Of a stretch of DNA of 64,000 bases, positions 33,082-46,404 are shown in pieces (position 1 is the first letter of the stretch; every line of letters starts with the position of its first letter). The notes under the pieces were generated by a model that saw only the letters and a program-made list of their open reading frames with translations, made no database searches and was not told where the DNA came from. A program made the translations under genes and the position numbers. This stretch comes from Eremomyces bilateralis CBS 781.70 (lineage: Eukaryota): NCBI GenBank assembly GCA_010015585.1, contig ML975169.1. One strand, given 5' to 3'.

Positions 33082-35985
33082 ATGAGCATCATGACTCCTT
33101 TACGACTTCTTTTGACCCTCTGTGGCCTGATCATATCGATCGTCCTTCTGATCAACGTTCGTCTCCCCTCCCGGTTCGAGTCCGATACGTCTCCTTTCGG
33201 CGATTCAGGTTGGCAACCAGGGTATGGCGGACCTAACCGCTCAGGAAGCTTGCGCTCGCTCTTCTCCTTCCACACCCCACTCTTTGCGCCTTCGGCGATC
33301 ATCAGCCTCACAAACGACAATTCGACCTTTTTCTTGGCCAGACCTGCGGCGTTTGGACCTCTATTGCCCTCAACGGGTTTGAATGGACAGTTATGGATTG
33401 CTCCTGGGTTTACGGACGACAGTCCATTACGGAGAAAAAGTCGGGACGGCAGCACCCTACCTAACGGAGAACTTGGATGTACGGATATTCCGGGGTGGAG
33501 TGAAAAGCTTGGAAGGGTCTCCGACTCCGAAGACTGGCAGAACGAAAGGAGTTCTGGCGATCGACAAATGGAAGGATTATCCAAAGGAACGACCAACTCC
33601 AAGAGTCAGCTCACGGAGGGGGAAACCGTGGATCCGACAATCAGCCCTTCAAACGTGAAGCCTACAGTAGGCGGAGCCCATCGGAATAGGGTTGGCCCCA
33701 GGAGAGATGTTCGATTTTTGCAAGAGTCAGGAGAGATATTCGGAAAAGTGGTCCTCATTTCCAGGGGTGGATGCAGCTTCTTTGACAAGACAATGTGGGC
33801 TCAACGTCGAGGAGCTGTTGCGCTCATGGTTGGCGACCATGTTCCTGGAGGACCACTCGTGACCATGTACGCCAACGGCGATACCTCGAATGTGTCCATA
33901 CCGGCCATATTCACGAGCTATACGACTGCTCATCTGCTCTCAACTTTGACTCCGGTAGTGATGCCGATGGATGGTATACTTCCAAGCCACGATGGAGTCG
34001 ACGCTCGCTGGGCACCGTCTAACCGTGCCTCTGATGTCCCAGAGCAAGATGGAAGTCATCCTACATCTCGGTCAGGAGTTTCTGCATATCCACCGAATTC
34101 CCAATTGCGAGGTCGCCAATCTCCATCCCTCACCCAGTGGCTCTATGGGTTGTTCATTCGTAGAGCACCCCTTCCAGGCCGGACACGGTCGGGCTTATCA
34201 GCGAAATCGATGGAGGAATCCAACATTCCAACTGATTTCGGTGATTCGAACCGGCTGTCCACTAGTCGGTTGGAGGAAACAAGCAATGGACGCTCTGGCA
34301 TAAAACCGAGAGTTGGTAAATCGCCTGGATCATCGTCAGTGACATTGGACCAAGATTCAAACGGGTTCATGGATGGGGTTCGTAATTGGCGTAACCTTCA
34401 CCCGTTTCCTGATGCCGTGGAGTCAGAAGAACCGGGAAATCGAAATGGATTCAATGACGATCTCCGTCAAAAAGAGCCTTCCAACATTGTTCAGGGGAAG
34501 TCGATCCGACCAAGCGAATGCGTCATTACTCCTGAAAGTGGAGAATACAAAGGGGTCTCTTGTGTGACCAACGGTGCTGCACTTAGAAGTGCCGTCCCAA
34601 CCACGAACAAAGGGCATTCGTTTACTTCATGGTTGGGTATACACGTTTCAGGGTCCGGCCCAAACGATTTGCCGTCCTCCCCCAACGACGACATTCCCCC
34701 CACGCAATTTTCTCGTCAATACATCCATCCTCACAAAGATTCGAAAACGAACCAATCACAACAAAACCTTCAGCTAGGAGTCTGGGTCACTTTAACCCCG
34801 ACTTCTATCTCATCATCCCCCTTTCTTGACACTCTGTTAGTTCTAGTGGTATCTCCATTAATCACTCTCACAGTTGTCTATGGATTACTTGTACTGCGTA
34901 ATCGTATTCGCCGGAGGCATTGGCGGGCACCTAAGAAGATCGTTGAACAACTACCAGTTCGTGTATACCGCGAACATCAACCATCTCAATCCAGAGAATA
35001 CGCGCCTCCTGTGCAAACACCTTCCCCTCTTGAACCGTCAACTTCACAAGTCGACGAACGCACACCGCTTCTATCAAGGTTTCATCAGGTAAGTCCATAC
35101 CCTCGCTCCACCGCCATAACTAATAAGAGTAACAGAATCCGGACATATTCGGATTTGGCGCAATGGATCCGGGACCATCCTCATCGGCACCCGATGAACA
35201 GTACTTGTATCCAGCTTGGCGGCCTTCTTCGGGAGTTCGCGATGGAGCAGCGGGGCCGAGCCTTCGAGGCAAAGGCCCAGCGCAAGCGCAAGCGCAAGCC
35301 GGACCGCAAGCCGGACCGCAAGCCCGACCTCAAACCCGACCGCAAGCCCGACCACGAGGCCGGCAGCTACACGCTGATCCATCCAAGCGGGTCAGCTGGA
35401 GCGAAACACCTGGTCGAGCGCTTGATTGGCTTAAGGGGCAGCAAGCCGACCAAGACGCAGAAGCAGCGAGAAACCCCTGGATCCCGAGCAAGCGAACGCC
35501 TGTCTGGTCATTCCAAGCTAGACAATCAGTCCAATTCCAACCTCTCCACTCCAGACGACCAGTCTGGAAACGCGTCCTCCGTCGAATAGTCCCGTGGGCA
35601 CATTGGCCTAGTGATGCTAGCGACGTGAGCGACTTTAGCCAGGAGACGTTCTACCCCGAGTCCATTCCGGAATGGCTTCAGAATTATGAGGAGCCAGATG
35701 ACTTTAATTCCCGTTTTCCTATTCCTCATTATCCACAGAAAACCTGCCCGGTTTGTTGCGAGGACTACGTTGAAGGCATCTGTCTGGTCATGACTCTTCC
35801 ATGTGGCCATGAGTTCCATAAGGATTGCGTGTAAGTCTTTCCTATCATCCTTACGAGGACCGTACTGACTAACTGATAGGACGGAATGGCTCGTTTCGAG
35901 GCGTGGAGTCTGCCCCATTTGTCGGGATGACGTAGCCGAAGGCGTTCGTCATAGTACCGACCAACAGGATGGTTCTGAAGCTTGA
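33082..35985 (+). CDS. PA-domain, TM, RING-H2 E3 ubiquitin ligase; exons 33082-35088, 35136-35830, 35880-35985
   Basis: Signal anchor, FFLARPAAFGP, PA motif VVLISRGGCSFFDKTMWAQRRGA and a TM segment. The spliced RING reads CPVCCEDY...LPCGHEFHKDCV/TEWLVSRRGVCPICR. Confidence 0.9.
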
Positions 35986-36297
35986 TCATCGGCCACGGGT
36001 TCGATGAGTGCACGGAAGCTTTTCCTGTCATGCTGCAAGGATTCAATAAGGACGAATGTTATGGAACGGAATACCTCCATTCGAGGCATGGAATACCCTG
36101 GTGGTCGGGAAGTCGTTGAAGGCACTTATGGGAGTGCTCTTCTGGCTTCAAAGGACACCTTTCGAAGATTGATCGGGTTCACGATTGCATGGATTTGTAC
36201 GAATATGATGATAGCGATGAACATTAATAGTCCATTGACTCCCCTATACCATATTGGTCTTTCCTTGTGATGTGCCTGTCGCCATAATTGGGTAGAG

Positions 36298-37253
36298 CTA
36301 TATCGGCCTTAGATTGCTCTTTATTCTCGAAATGTCCTCTGGTTGAAGCCCGAGCATCTTCTCGCAATAGCCCTCTGCAGAACCCCATCGGTTCTCCACC
36401 AATTCTACGAACGCAAACATGGTCTGCGGATGTACCGATCCAATCGCTAGGGTCCCCGGGCGTTCAACGGACACACCCGTGCCGCTTTTGGAGAGCATTG
36501 CTAGAAGACGAGTCCGGGCGGGCTCGATTCCGATTCGCGTCACCGTGTAGTCTGCTGCAATATTAGTCGGTGGGACCGCTGCTAGCATCTGTAGAAGTGC
36601 AGCAAGGACGCCAGTTCGGTCTTTTCCAGCTACGACAAAGTCAATAATCGCTCAAAATAAGTCTCCAAAGAAAGTCGCGAGGTTGTCTAACCAGAGCAAT
36701 GGAACAGTAACCCGTCTTCTGGGCGATCTCTCACGTGTTCCATCACTGCCCGAAAACTGGGAGTGTGGACCTCCAATATGCCTTCATACAGTTTCAGAAA
36801 TCCTCTCGTCATCCCATCGTAGACGTGGCTGTCTTCGTTAGACACGCCGGATACGTTTCTCTCCCCGAATAGCGTCGGATCCACCGTCATCATCGGCGCC
36901 GTACTTGGTAGCCAAACATTTTCCACGCCGTCGATATGTGGATCCGGAAATTTGGCGCGGTCCTCCACACCGCGCAGGTCAAAGATTCGTTTGATGTTAT
37001 GCCGTTCAAGGTCAGCAGCCTGAAGTATATTCGGATCTAGGAGACCCGTCCGGTACAGTAGCCTCGGTCTAAGATGTTGACCACACAGTGAAGCTACATC
37101 ACGAGGATTCAACGCCCCGGGGAGGTTGAGAAAAGGGGCCGAATTGAGGGCCGATTCCAGTTCCTCCCCGATGATTGGTTCCATCAGAGGAGTCATGGAA
37201 AGAGAGAGCAATGCTGGGTCGAGCGGAAGAGAATCTAGAGTCGGTGGAGCCAT
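36298..37253 (-). CDS. Protein tyrosine/serine phosphatase (Y_phosphatase3/IphP-like), one intron
   Basis: Motifs NPRDV, LLYRTG, IFDLRG, spliced P-loop HCSAGKDRTG and IAADYTVT. Confidence 0.9.
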
Positions 37254-38171
37254 CTTGAATATGGAAAGGATAGACTGAGTTTCGTGGTTTCTTCCTGAAC
37301 TGGGCCCCTATGGTTCTTCAAGGCAATCGAAATGCTGCTGCCTGGTGACTTGGATCAAATCCAACCATGGTGTTCGAGCAAGCGAGTCAGCAGGGAATAG
37401 GGATTGATAGGGGGACAAAGGAGCGATGAAGAACACATTAACAGTGGAGGTTCTGGACGTAGCAAGTTTATTTCTATGACTTGCTCAAATGGTATCGACG
37501 ACAGTTGGCCAAGCCAGTTACAGGCACAATCGGCTTCATATATTGGATTTCTCTCATTCTACATCATGGCTGGAGTCGGTCAACTTCGGTTATTGGGCGT
37601 TTCTGACGCCAACTGATCCCGCATGAGTGGTCTCCGAAGAATCTCACGAGAGCCATGTGGAGAACTAGGATAAGGGCATATATGAGAAATCAACAATAGA
37701 ACATCCCAGTTGACTCTCGGGATAATAATGTTTGACGGTTCGGAGGCAGTGGGTGGGAACTCTGACACCGGAAAGAACCAAGACGGCACTCAACGGGAGG
37801 CCCAAACGCCGTTGGTCATCGATTCAGACCATCATGCCGCATAGTCGGCGTGCTTGATGGTCATAAATGATAAATGCCATAGACGCAGATGAGGAAATTG
37901 TAGTGTCATCGCCCAGATAGAATAGGAGGCGGATGAGCGAACTGAACTACACGCTAGCATAGTAAGGCACTAAGGTACCAACCAAGTCTTCATCTGTGGC
38001 GCCTGTGGCGCAGCATGGGCTTGGCTGGATGAACTTCATCAGATTCATCGAATGCTCCAATTCAAATGTTAAGGAGCACTTAGTTGCGGGTACCTTCAAT
38101 TATGAGACGACAAAGGCCCTTCTACCTTTAGTCCATTACTTGACCCTAGTGACTCCTTGCGAACGCTTGAA

Positions 38172-39246
38172 ATGCCGCCTTCAATACCTGTTTCCACCGC
38201 ATCGCGGTTCTCCCGCCGACCATTCCGTTCAACTTCCATTCGATATTTCAGCCATGGACCGAGTCTACGAGCAATGGCGCAAATGGCGCAGCTGGACGTA
38301 AAGATGCCGGCGGATAAATCACCAACGGTCCAAAGAAAGTCGGCAATGCGAGCAGGCCATGGCTTGGAGAACAAAGATTTTGGGTTGATCTCAGGTATGG
38401 CTCCTTCTCGTCACTTCACTGCTCACACTGACAGTGGGATCAAGGGACCTTTATTCCACCTACAGGCCATAACCGACCGGTTTGGTCTCGCGAACTGAAA
38501 GTTTGGGCCAAAATGCAATGGCTTCGAACCTGGAGCAGTGTGGAGGGCTGGGGCCGGTAGGTGTCGAACGGGTGTTCCTCAACGAACTCGATGCTGACAA
38601 CCGAAGGCTCAAATTCATGACATGGTTTGGGGCTGCTAAGCATCTGAAACCCAAATTGGACAGTCGTAAACGAAAACTCAAAGTGATCGCTCGAGATCTT
38701 CATCATTTCATGCATGTTGCATTTGCAGAGTAAGACAAATCACCATCCATCGCACCTCCCACGGTGATACTGACAGGGCATAGGGGGAATAAGCCTGCGA
38801 TTGAGAAATATACAACCGAAGCTCTTCGATTATCTCTCAACACGCGCCTGGGCAATCGCAAGCCGACCGAGATCCTCCACTGGAATTCCGACTACAAGCG
38901 CCTCCAAGTTATATCCGACAAGGTGGCCGAGATACCGCATTTCATCAAAACTGGGAATAAAACCCGGGATGTCAATTTGGTCCGTCAGGTCATTGTTCGA
39001 ATCGAATCACGTCAGAAACTATATCGCGGGACGCCTGGGCCGTCCAGCAAACGGTACGTCGACACGACAAGTCCGATATGGGAGAAGCCTCGAGTCCGAG
39101 ATCAGAACGAATATGTGGTCATCCAACAGATGGTCCTACATGGGAAAATCCATCCATGGAGATTATGGGGAATGGTGGAGGAGTCAAATCCGGATGGGAC
39201 GAATACATTCACGCCCAAGAAGGGGGCACAGCTGAGGAGAAGATAG
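38172..39246 (+). CDS. Mitochondrial Tim44-like domain protein (Mba1/mL45 family), multi-exon
   Basis: Arg/Ser-rich presequence, HVAFAE/GNK, RQVIVRIESRQ and EYVVIQQM...PWRLWGMVEES. Confidence 0.65.
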
Positions 39247-39603
39247 GTCGCCTCCGATCCAGTATTGAGGGAGGCAAGCGAGATATCCATACGGGGCGGT
39301 TCGCTTTTGGAATTGCAATACATCGCGGGGGTGTAACACGGGTTTTCCTAGGGACATGTGACGATCTAGACGTCAAACACGGCGGCTCTAAACTTGGCAC
39401 GGCCAATTCAGCTGTAAGGCGATTTGTACAATAGAATATCAGTCTCATTTTCGCTATTGCGCATGTACTGTCGTCCCGAGATGTGTGTGTGTATTGAAGC
39501 TATAGAATACATGTTCCAACGCGTGCAAATGCTTGGTACGATTTCACGACGTGCTCATTTTCATTCTCCTCCATGTGACCAACCTAGCGGTCCATAAGGA
39601 CGA

Positions 39604-40253
39604 TTAATACGGGCTTGCGGCCTGTTGGCAAGCCTTGAGTTGGTCGAGATACCATCCGCAAACCGTCAAGTCACCCTGGAGATGTCAGCATGTCGAACAG
39701 ATCCAGCCGACTGGAGGGACATACCTTATTCTGATCCATGCAAGACCGGAAGCTCTTCGCATCATTCTCACAGGATCCAGCGGCCCCCCATGATTGTTCT
39801 TGCTGGGTTGCGTTGGTGTTGTAGGGATCGGCTGGGGAAGTCTGCGCCGCCTCGGGTGCCGCTTGGGAGGAACCGCCACCGAAAAACCCGCCAACTGCGT
39901 GACCGATTGAGGATCCAACGGCAACACCACTAATAATCAGGGTAGGTCAGTATCGCTCAAATGAATGCCTTGCCATTCCCGTCTCAGGTGGGTGTCGATG
40001 GGCGGACTGCCGTGGGGAGGGATGGTGCAAAGACGTACGCTGCGGTCGAGGCCATCTGACCGAAGAGACCAGGACCGGCGGATTGAGCTGGTGGTGCAGC
40101 TTGCTGTTGAACAGCAGTCGGAGCCTTAGCAGCCGGAGGATGAGCCACAGTGGAAGCAGATCGCTGTTGGGGGCGCTGCGGAGGAGCAGCCGGTCGTGCT
40201 GGAGCAGCAGTCGGGCGCCGAGGAGGGGCGGAACCACGAGATTGACGAGGCAT
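39604..40253 (-). CDS. MIX17: Mitochondrial IMS CHCH-domain protein (Mix17/CHCHD2)
   Basis: MPRQSRG..., GPGLFGQMASTAA/GVAVGSSIGHAVGGFF, and a twin CX9C ending CGWYLDQLKACQQAASPY*. Confidence 0.92.
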
Positions 40254-40632
40254 GTTGAATAGGAAGGGTGAGGTTGATGGAACGGATGGAGTTATGAGGA
40301 AAGAGATCTGAGTTGAAGATAACAGCAGAGGTTCGATGGCAAATGGACTCTGGAATTATTCGGATTGAAGTTCTGCCGATGAAGTTCTGAAGCCCAAAGA
40401 ACCCGAAATCGCGGAATTAGCCGTCGGCATCGGCTTAAGTCCTGGTGGCGGACCAGCACAGAATAGCTACGAGTCCACGAAAGGATCCACGATCAAGTAT
40501 TACAGCACTGTTGCACTGTCATAGTACCGTATGAGCTAGTTACAAGTAATTAATTTATGTCATGATCCCAATTCTACGGAAAATCCTCTTCGCATCGAGC
40601 CAGTACAGCCCATACAGACCCTCTTGAACATC

Positions 40633-41979
40633 TCAGCCTACCAAGGGGATCCCTTGATTGATCTCTTGGAGGATCATATTCTGTTTCGCCTCCACAAGAG
40701 CCTTGACGAAATACTGGATGACACATTGGATCCCCAGTTCCTCACCTCTTTTGACAAGATACCCGTTAATATAGGGAGTCTCCGGATTTCTGCCTGCCCT
40801 GACATCGACCAACATCGAGCTCATGTTCTCTTTCGTCCGATCGGCAACTGCCACAACCATAGTCTCCAATCGTTCGGCGGAAAACCGTGAGGCAATGTCG
40901 GGAATACCTTGAAGTTCCGGTAAAGCACGAATGACCACGCACGCTTCAGCGATCAAGAGCCGCATTGCCCGAGTGACATCAAAGTTATGCTTCAAAGCAC
41001 CGTTCCGACAGTCCAATAAGGCCGTCATCGGGTTGATTACCGAGTTAACGACGAGTTTCTCGAGTTGGATTTGCAGGAGCTCGGTGGGACTTGAAGCGAC
41101 CGCTGCGAGTACCGGGGCCCGAAGAAAGGTTCGAATGAGATATTTGGCAGTCGGTGGGTATGACCGATCGCCGTCATCGCGCTTGACCAGGCCGAGCACC
41201 GTAGTTCCGTAACCGGCATGCGTAACAGTCCAATCGCCTTCAGCGCGAACGCCATGGGACGTGATTCCGAGGACGAAATGAGGTCGAGATTCAGGGTCAG
41301 GGAACACGCGTTCCTTCACTTCTTCAACAATGCCCATACCGTTTTGAAGAAACAGAATGGTAGATTCTCTTCTCAAACGATGCTTGACCGACATCAAAGC
41401 GGAAAAGGTGCTGTTCGCCTTGACCGTCAGCACCAGGTTGTCGATCCATTCGGAGTCGCTCTCTTCATCTTGGTGCGCAACCACCTGTCCGTGGCTTACC
41501 ACAGGCGGTACCGCCAGCTCAATATCGAAACCACGCCGTGATTCGGTGGTACCTCGCGTGGTTACGTTGATGGCTTCTCCTTGCGCCTTCCAACTTTCGA
41601 TTAAACCACGTCGATGTAGGAGCAAGGAGATCGGGGGAGGAGAGGGTAGACCGCGGAGTGTATGCGCAACCAGTTTGCCTATGGATCCAATTCCAAGTAT
41701 ATGAATGCGCTTATTTGTGACCTCCTCCTCGCCATATTGCTGTGCTATGCGTGCATGCTCCTCTATATGCTCCTCTTCCGGTGATGTGTCCGGCTCGTTC
41801 CTGGACGCAAAGGATCGAGACATTCTGCGTCGATTAGTCTTGTATGTAAGACTTCGAGGATATAGACAGTACCGGTATGGGAAAGGCCACGCTGCCCTCT
41901 CATAGACAGAGGCCGCGTATCTCTGGCCCAATATTTGCCTTGGTCTTTGACAAGTGTGACCACGAACCAGGTTGGCCAA
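40633..41979 (-). CDS. 2-dehydropantoate 2-reductase (ketopantoate reductase) family, mitochondrial presequence
   Basis: Motifs IHILGIGSIG, LTVKA, LFLQNGMG, KLVVNSVINPMTALLDCRNG and NMSSMLVDVRAGRNPETPYING. Confidence 0.9.
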   Translation of the reverse strand: MANLVRGHTCQRPRQILGQRYAASVYERAAWPFPYRYCLYPRSLTYKTNRRRMSRSFASRNEPDTSPEEEHIEEHARIAQQYGEEEVTNKRIHILGIGSIGKLVAHTLRGLPSPPPISLLLHRRGLIESWKAQGEAINVTTRGTTESRRGFDIELAVPPVVSHGQVVAHQDEESDSEWIDNLVLTVKANSTFSALMSVKHRLRRESTILFLQNGMGIVEEVKERVFPDPESRPHFVLGITSHGVRAEGDWTVTHAGYGTTVLGLVKRDDGDRSYPPTAKYLIRTFLRAPVLAAVASSPTELLQIQLEKLVVNSVINPMTALLDCRNGALKHNFDVTRAMRLLIAEACVVIRALPELQGIPDIASRFSAERLETMVVAVADRTKENMSSMLVDVRAGRNPETPYINGYLVKRGEELGIQCVIQYFVKALVEAKQNMILQEINQGIPLVG

Positions 41980-42381
41980 CAGCCACCATGGCGGCGGACA
42001 ACCACGAGCGTGGAGCGGCAGGTTGACTGATGGTTCAAGATACTTTGGAAATCATGGATGACGCAACGGAATTCAGCTTCATAAAGACCCCACGTTGAAT
42101 GGAGCCAATAACAGTAGTGAAAAGATTGAAGGACGGAGGAACAACTGTAATAATATCAATCAGGATACCGACATGACCGGGAATCTCCCTCAGCCCTCCC
42201 AGCTTAAGTTCTAATAATTAGCAGGAGACGACTCTCTGGACCCCGGCAACGGAATTCGCCGTCTCGCCTTTCATTCTTCATTCTTCATCTTTCTTCTTCA
42301 CATCCGTATAAAAACACCTCACATCAAATCAATACTAGACTTCTGTTCTAGAATATCCGGTTCAATCGGAGTACCTTCAAA

Positions 42382-43192
42382 ATGGCAGAAGCTCCTGATT
42401 TAGAGGATCTTATTGCAACCCTCTCCGGCAATATTGATGACCTTGAAGGTGGTTTGCTTCCCATCCTCAAGTCATCGGTATCCAAGTCATCGAGCAAACT
42501 TCCGCTCCTGGACAAAGCTAAACTTTATGTCCTCATCTGTTATACAATCGAGTCTATCATCTTTTCCTCCTTGCGTCTCTCCAACGTCAATGCCAAGGAT
42601 CACCCAGTATTCCATGAGCTTGCAAGGGTACGACAGTATTTCGAGAAGATCAAGGATGCCGAAGCTGGGCCTACAAAAAAGAGGGAAAACATGAGCTTGG
42701 ATAAGGCGGCGGCCGGTAGAATTGTTCGTCATGCTCTTTCCGGGAATGATCGTTTAGATCAGGAGAGGAAGATGGTGGCTCAGGAAATGGGGGCCGCAAA
42801 GGCGAAGCTAGCTGAACTAGAGGCGAAGATGGCCAACAGTGAAGCTTCCGGATCCGAAGATTCTACAGGAGGCCATCACAACCTGCCCTCTGATCAGAAT
42901 CTTAGCCGGAAGAGAAAGAAAGCCAGCGACATGTGGGATGATTCTCAATCCGCCCACAACAGGGACAGCAATACGGATTCTGCAGCGACGTTTGAGAAGG
43001 GCACTTCATCCAAGAGCGCGAGTAAGTTCTCTCGGTATCTAAAACTGCAGTCAATATTCTTACATGTCAGCAGAACGTTCAAAGTCCGGGAAAGTGCCTC
43101 GTAGCGCTCATGCAACCTTTGAAGCCCTCCTGAAAGGGCCGGCCAAAGATGCCGATCCTTCCAAGAAATCAAAAAAGGGCAAGAAATCTTGA
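42382..43192 (+). CDS. C1D/Rrp47 (Lrp1) exosome cofactor, Sas10/Utp3/C1D family; one 3' intron
   Basis: LPLLDKAKLYVLICYTIESIIFSSLRL..HPVFHELARVRQYFEKIK..LDKAAAGR, followed by a basic tail after splicing. Confidence 0.85.
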
Positions 43193-44227
43193 AAACTATG
43201 TCCAATCGCTCCGAATTCGCCTCATTAGGATCTAGCCGGTATGTTGAACTCAATCCATACTAGGGTGGTGTGTGATATTAACTCCGTATACAGTGAAATG
43301 TCGATGCCGGCGTTGTTCCCTTTTCAATTCCAGTGCCCTGCTTGCAGGGAATGGAAATGAAGACATCAATGAACTCACTCCGAGTCTCGGTTGAGGGGAT
43401 CGACTCTCTGGCGCCAGCTTCTCGCGGTCTAGCCAACCCATTTCGCGCATCGCTGTGGTGTGGACTTTGTCGACGGGGTCAGATCTTCGTGAACCTCATT
43501 CACGTGGAGTGCCCGTCAACTCCACACCCATCTATCACGATACATGGAATGTGAAGGTTGGAACTGTGCAAGAACGTCATCAATAAGGTCGCGTTCTTGC
43601 GTCTATGAGATAAGACCTTATGGATTCCTATCAAGGTATCCACTGCCTTCTCATTCGTGTGTGACATGAAAGGGAAACTGCTGATGGCTGTTCAGAAAGC
43701 AGAGAATTTTTCCTCAGGAGTTGGCTTTCGGGGGAGCAAATTAAACTACATGTGCTGTTCCTCGCAGCCGATTTTGCATCCCGGTCTTTCCTGAATGCTA
43801 CGTGATCGATGTGCTGCTGTTCCCAGTCCAACTGAAGAGTCAGACCTTGCCATAACTGACTCGACCATTTCTCACAACCACTCCGTGGGAATGATCTTCA
43901 TGGTCGAAAACATTGCTCGTCACTGTCGAACCCAAACTAAACTCATACGGACTGTCCCAATCTAGTACTTCGCCTAACAACGGAAACATCCAACATAGCC
44001 CACAAGGAAAGAGTGCCCGAACTTTCCCGATGACACCAGACGACGTTGCCAGCCGTTCTTTCCAGAATACTGCGATGCAGCATGCGAGAACCTTTCTTAA
44101 ATCCCGTATGCATTGTTGTCACGTCTTAGAATTGCCTTCGCTAGTGTCTCAAAGGGCATATTATTATTTTCTTTCGTTATCCGCAACTCCAATCGTTATT
44201 CATTAAGTGATAGTCTCTTAGCAGCTC

Positions 44228-46183
44228 ATGAAACCAGGTCGGACATTTCCCATCATGTCTAGTGTAGAGAGCTTCGCCACAGCCGTCACCACGGCTGCGG
44301 ATAGCCAGATGCGACAAGAATCACGCTGTCAGGTCGATGAAAGTGCAGCTTCCAGCCAACTGGATACCATCATACGCAATAGAAGTGCCAGTTGTTCGGA
44401 ATTCAAGATTTCCAGCAACGATAGAGTAGGTCCATTCTACAAAGCCAGCAGCCCATGCGTTCTCATGGCTACGAAACAGTTAGAAATTCGAGTGACTGAC
44501 ATAGTCGTACAGATTTTTTGGAACGGAGATGACGACAAAGACCATCCTCTGAATTGGAAACCTTCGCACAAATGGCGCGCCGTCATCGTCGTTTCTAGTG
44601 CCGTCTTCTCCACCTCAATTGCATCAGCAATGGTGACGCCGAATGTACCAGCCATTGCAGAAACGCTGAGCATCGACTCAAAAGAGAGAATGCAATTGAT
44701 TTACTCGGTTTTCGCACTCTCATATGCCGTTGGACCGTTGATATTCTGCCCCATTTCCGAGCAGCTTGGAAGATATTGGACAATCACCACCGCAATGGTA
44801 CTCTTCTCCCTCGGAAATCTGGTCTGTGGGCTTTCCAGATCTGCTACGCTGTTGATAGCGGCTCGCTTCTTCAGTGGAATGGGCGGAAACGGAGGACAAT
44901 CTGTCGCCATAGCCGTGCTCAGCGATACCTTCTCCTCCGACGACCGCATGAAAGCCATATCGGTGTATAGCACCTTCTCAATTAGCGGGATGGTGATCGG
45001 TCCGATATTAGGTGCCATTTGCAGCGAAAAGTTTCATTGGAGAACGCTGTTCCATGGCACGTCCGTTCTGAATGGAATTGCCCTCGTCATCGTCGCGACC
45101 TTCCTTCCCGAGACCTACCCTCCAACATTGCTTCGAAGAGAGGCCACAAAGATCTCCAAAATCAGAGGCGGACGTCCACCACGCACCCAATACGACGTCG
45201 AGGATTCCGAAGATTTAAGGCGAACGATGTGGCACTGTGCTCGCCGTTCGGTCAAGTTTCTCGTGACCCAGCCGATCCTCCAATTCATAGCGGTATACTA
45301 CGGACTCGGGTTCGGAGTATCTTTCATCATCTTCTCGGTCTTTCCATCGATCTGGACCGAGGCATACGGTCAAACGCCCATCAAAGGATCTCTCAATTTC
45401 ATATGGCTAGGAGTTGGTTGCCTAATCCCGTCCATTCTAGCACCTTGGATGGAAAATGGTGCCAAAAAGTTATGGGATTATGTCAAAGAGAAGAGAAGCC
45501 GGTCGGTCACGTCAGAGCCGAAGTTCGCGGCCGAAACAGACCAGAGTCAGGTAACCCAATATATCGAAACTCTCGATTCCAACGGTGGTGTGCAAGGACA
45601 ACTAGGGCAGCTCACCCCCAACTGTCACCACTCACATTGCTGTGAGCAGCCACACTCCCACCATGCCAATTCAATCTTCACCAGGGGTGCATCGATTGTG
45701 AGCGCGATCGAGTCCGAACTAGCTTTGAGCAGGATCGAGTCCGAAAGACGCCATATATTAAAACCTGAGAAGGTCTTCGGTTACATGTTTCCAGCCGCCG
45801 TCTTCCTTCCATTAGGGCTCTTCTTGTTTGGGTATTCGGTTCAAAACAAGTGGCACCCTGCCTATGTCAACATTGGTGCAGCATTTGTCGGATTCGCAAG
45901 TACCATCATCAGTTTTGCAATTTTCAAATATCTCGGCGATGCGTACCCACTGTATGAGGCCAGTGCTATCGCAGCAGTTCAAGTCAGTCGAGCAGTCACG
46001 TCGTGTACGTTCCCGGTCTTCTCCCGAAAACTATTCGCGATGATGGGATACGACGGCGGAACAGGTTTACTGGCCAGCATTGCTCTCGTACTTGGTCTTG
46101 TAGGAACTTCGGTCCTCGTCGTATTTGGCAAGCGGCTACGTCAGAAGACATGGCGCATTCCCTTACCATGGACAAAGGGTTGA
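44228..46183 (+). CDS. MFS drug:H+ antiporter (DHA1-like)
   Basis: Motifs WNGDDDKDHPLNW, PISEQLGR, ARFFSGMGG, GPILG and LPETYPPTLL, with ~12 TM segments. A short 5' intron is likely. Confidence 0.9.
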   Translation: MKPGRTFPIMSSVESFATAVTTAADSQMRQESRCQVDESAASSQLDTIIRNRSASCSEFKISSNDRVGPFYKASSPCVLMATKQLEIRVTDIVVQIFWNGDDDKDHPLNWKPSHKWRAVIVVSSAVFSTSIASAMVTPNVPAIAETLSIDSKERMQLIYSVFALSYAVGPLIFCPISEQLGRYWTITTAMVLFSLGNLVCGLSRSATLLIAARFFSGMGGNGGQSVAIAVLSDTFSSDDRMKAISVYSTFSISGMVIGPILGAICSEKFHWRTLFHGTSVLNGIALVIVATFLPETYPPTLLRREATKISKIRGGRPPRTQYDVEDSEDLRRTMWHCARRSVKFLVTQPILQFIAVYYGLGFGVSFIIFSVFPSIWTEAYGQTPIKGSLNFIWLGVGCLIPSILAPWMENGAKKLWDYVKEKRSRSVTSEPKFAAETDQSQVTQYIETLDSNGGVQGQLGQLTPNCHHSHCCEQPHSHHANSIFTRGASIVSAIESELALSRIESERRHILKPEKVFGYMFPAAVFLPLGLFLFGYSVQNKWHPAYVNIGAAFVGFASTIISFAIFKYLGDAYPLYEASAIAAVQVSRAVTSCTFPVFSRKLFAMMGYDGGTGLLASIALVLGLVGTSVLVVFGKRLRQKTWRIPLPWTKG

Positions 46184-46404
46184 TTCCGAGGGCATATTTG
46201 AGTTCTCAACGACTATCGTTCCTAGAGCTACTTATTGGCAGACCGATCGGAATTGTACTATTAAATTTTCACGGCAGCAACAAACAAAGTGACAATTTCT
46301 TGAATTAGACCGTTCATTATCAGTCGTTGCCATACCACATAACAAGACTGAAATCTGAAATGACGGATATTGATAAATAATGCAAGCATTGCAATCGGAT
46401 GCAA

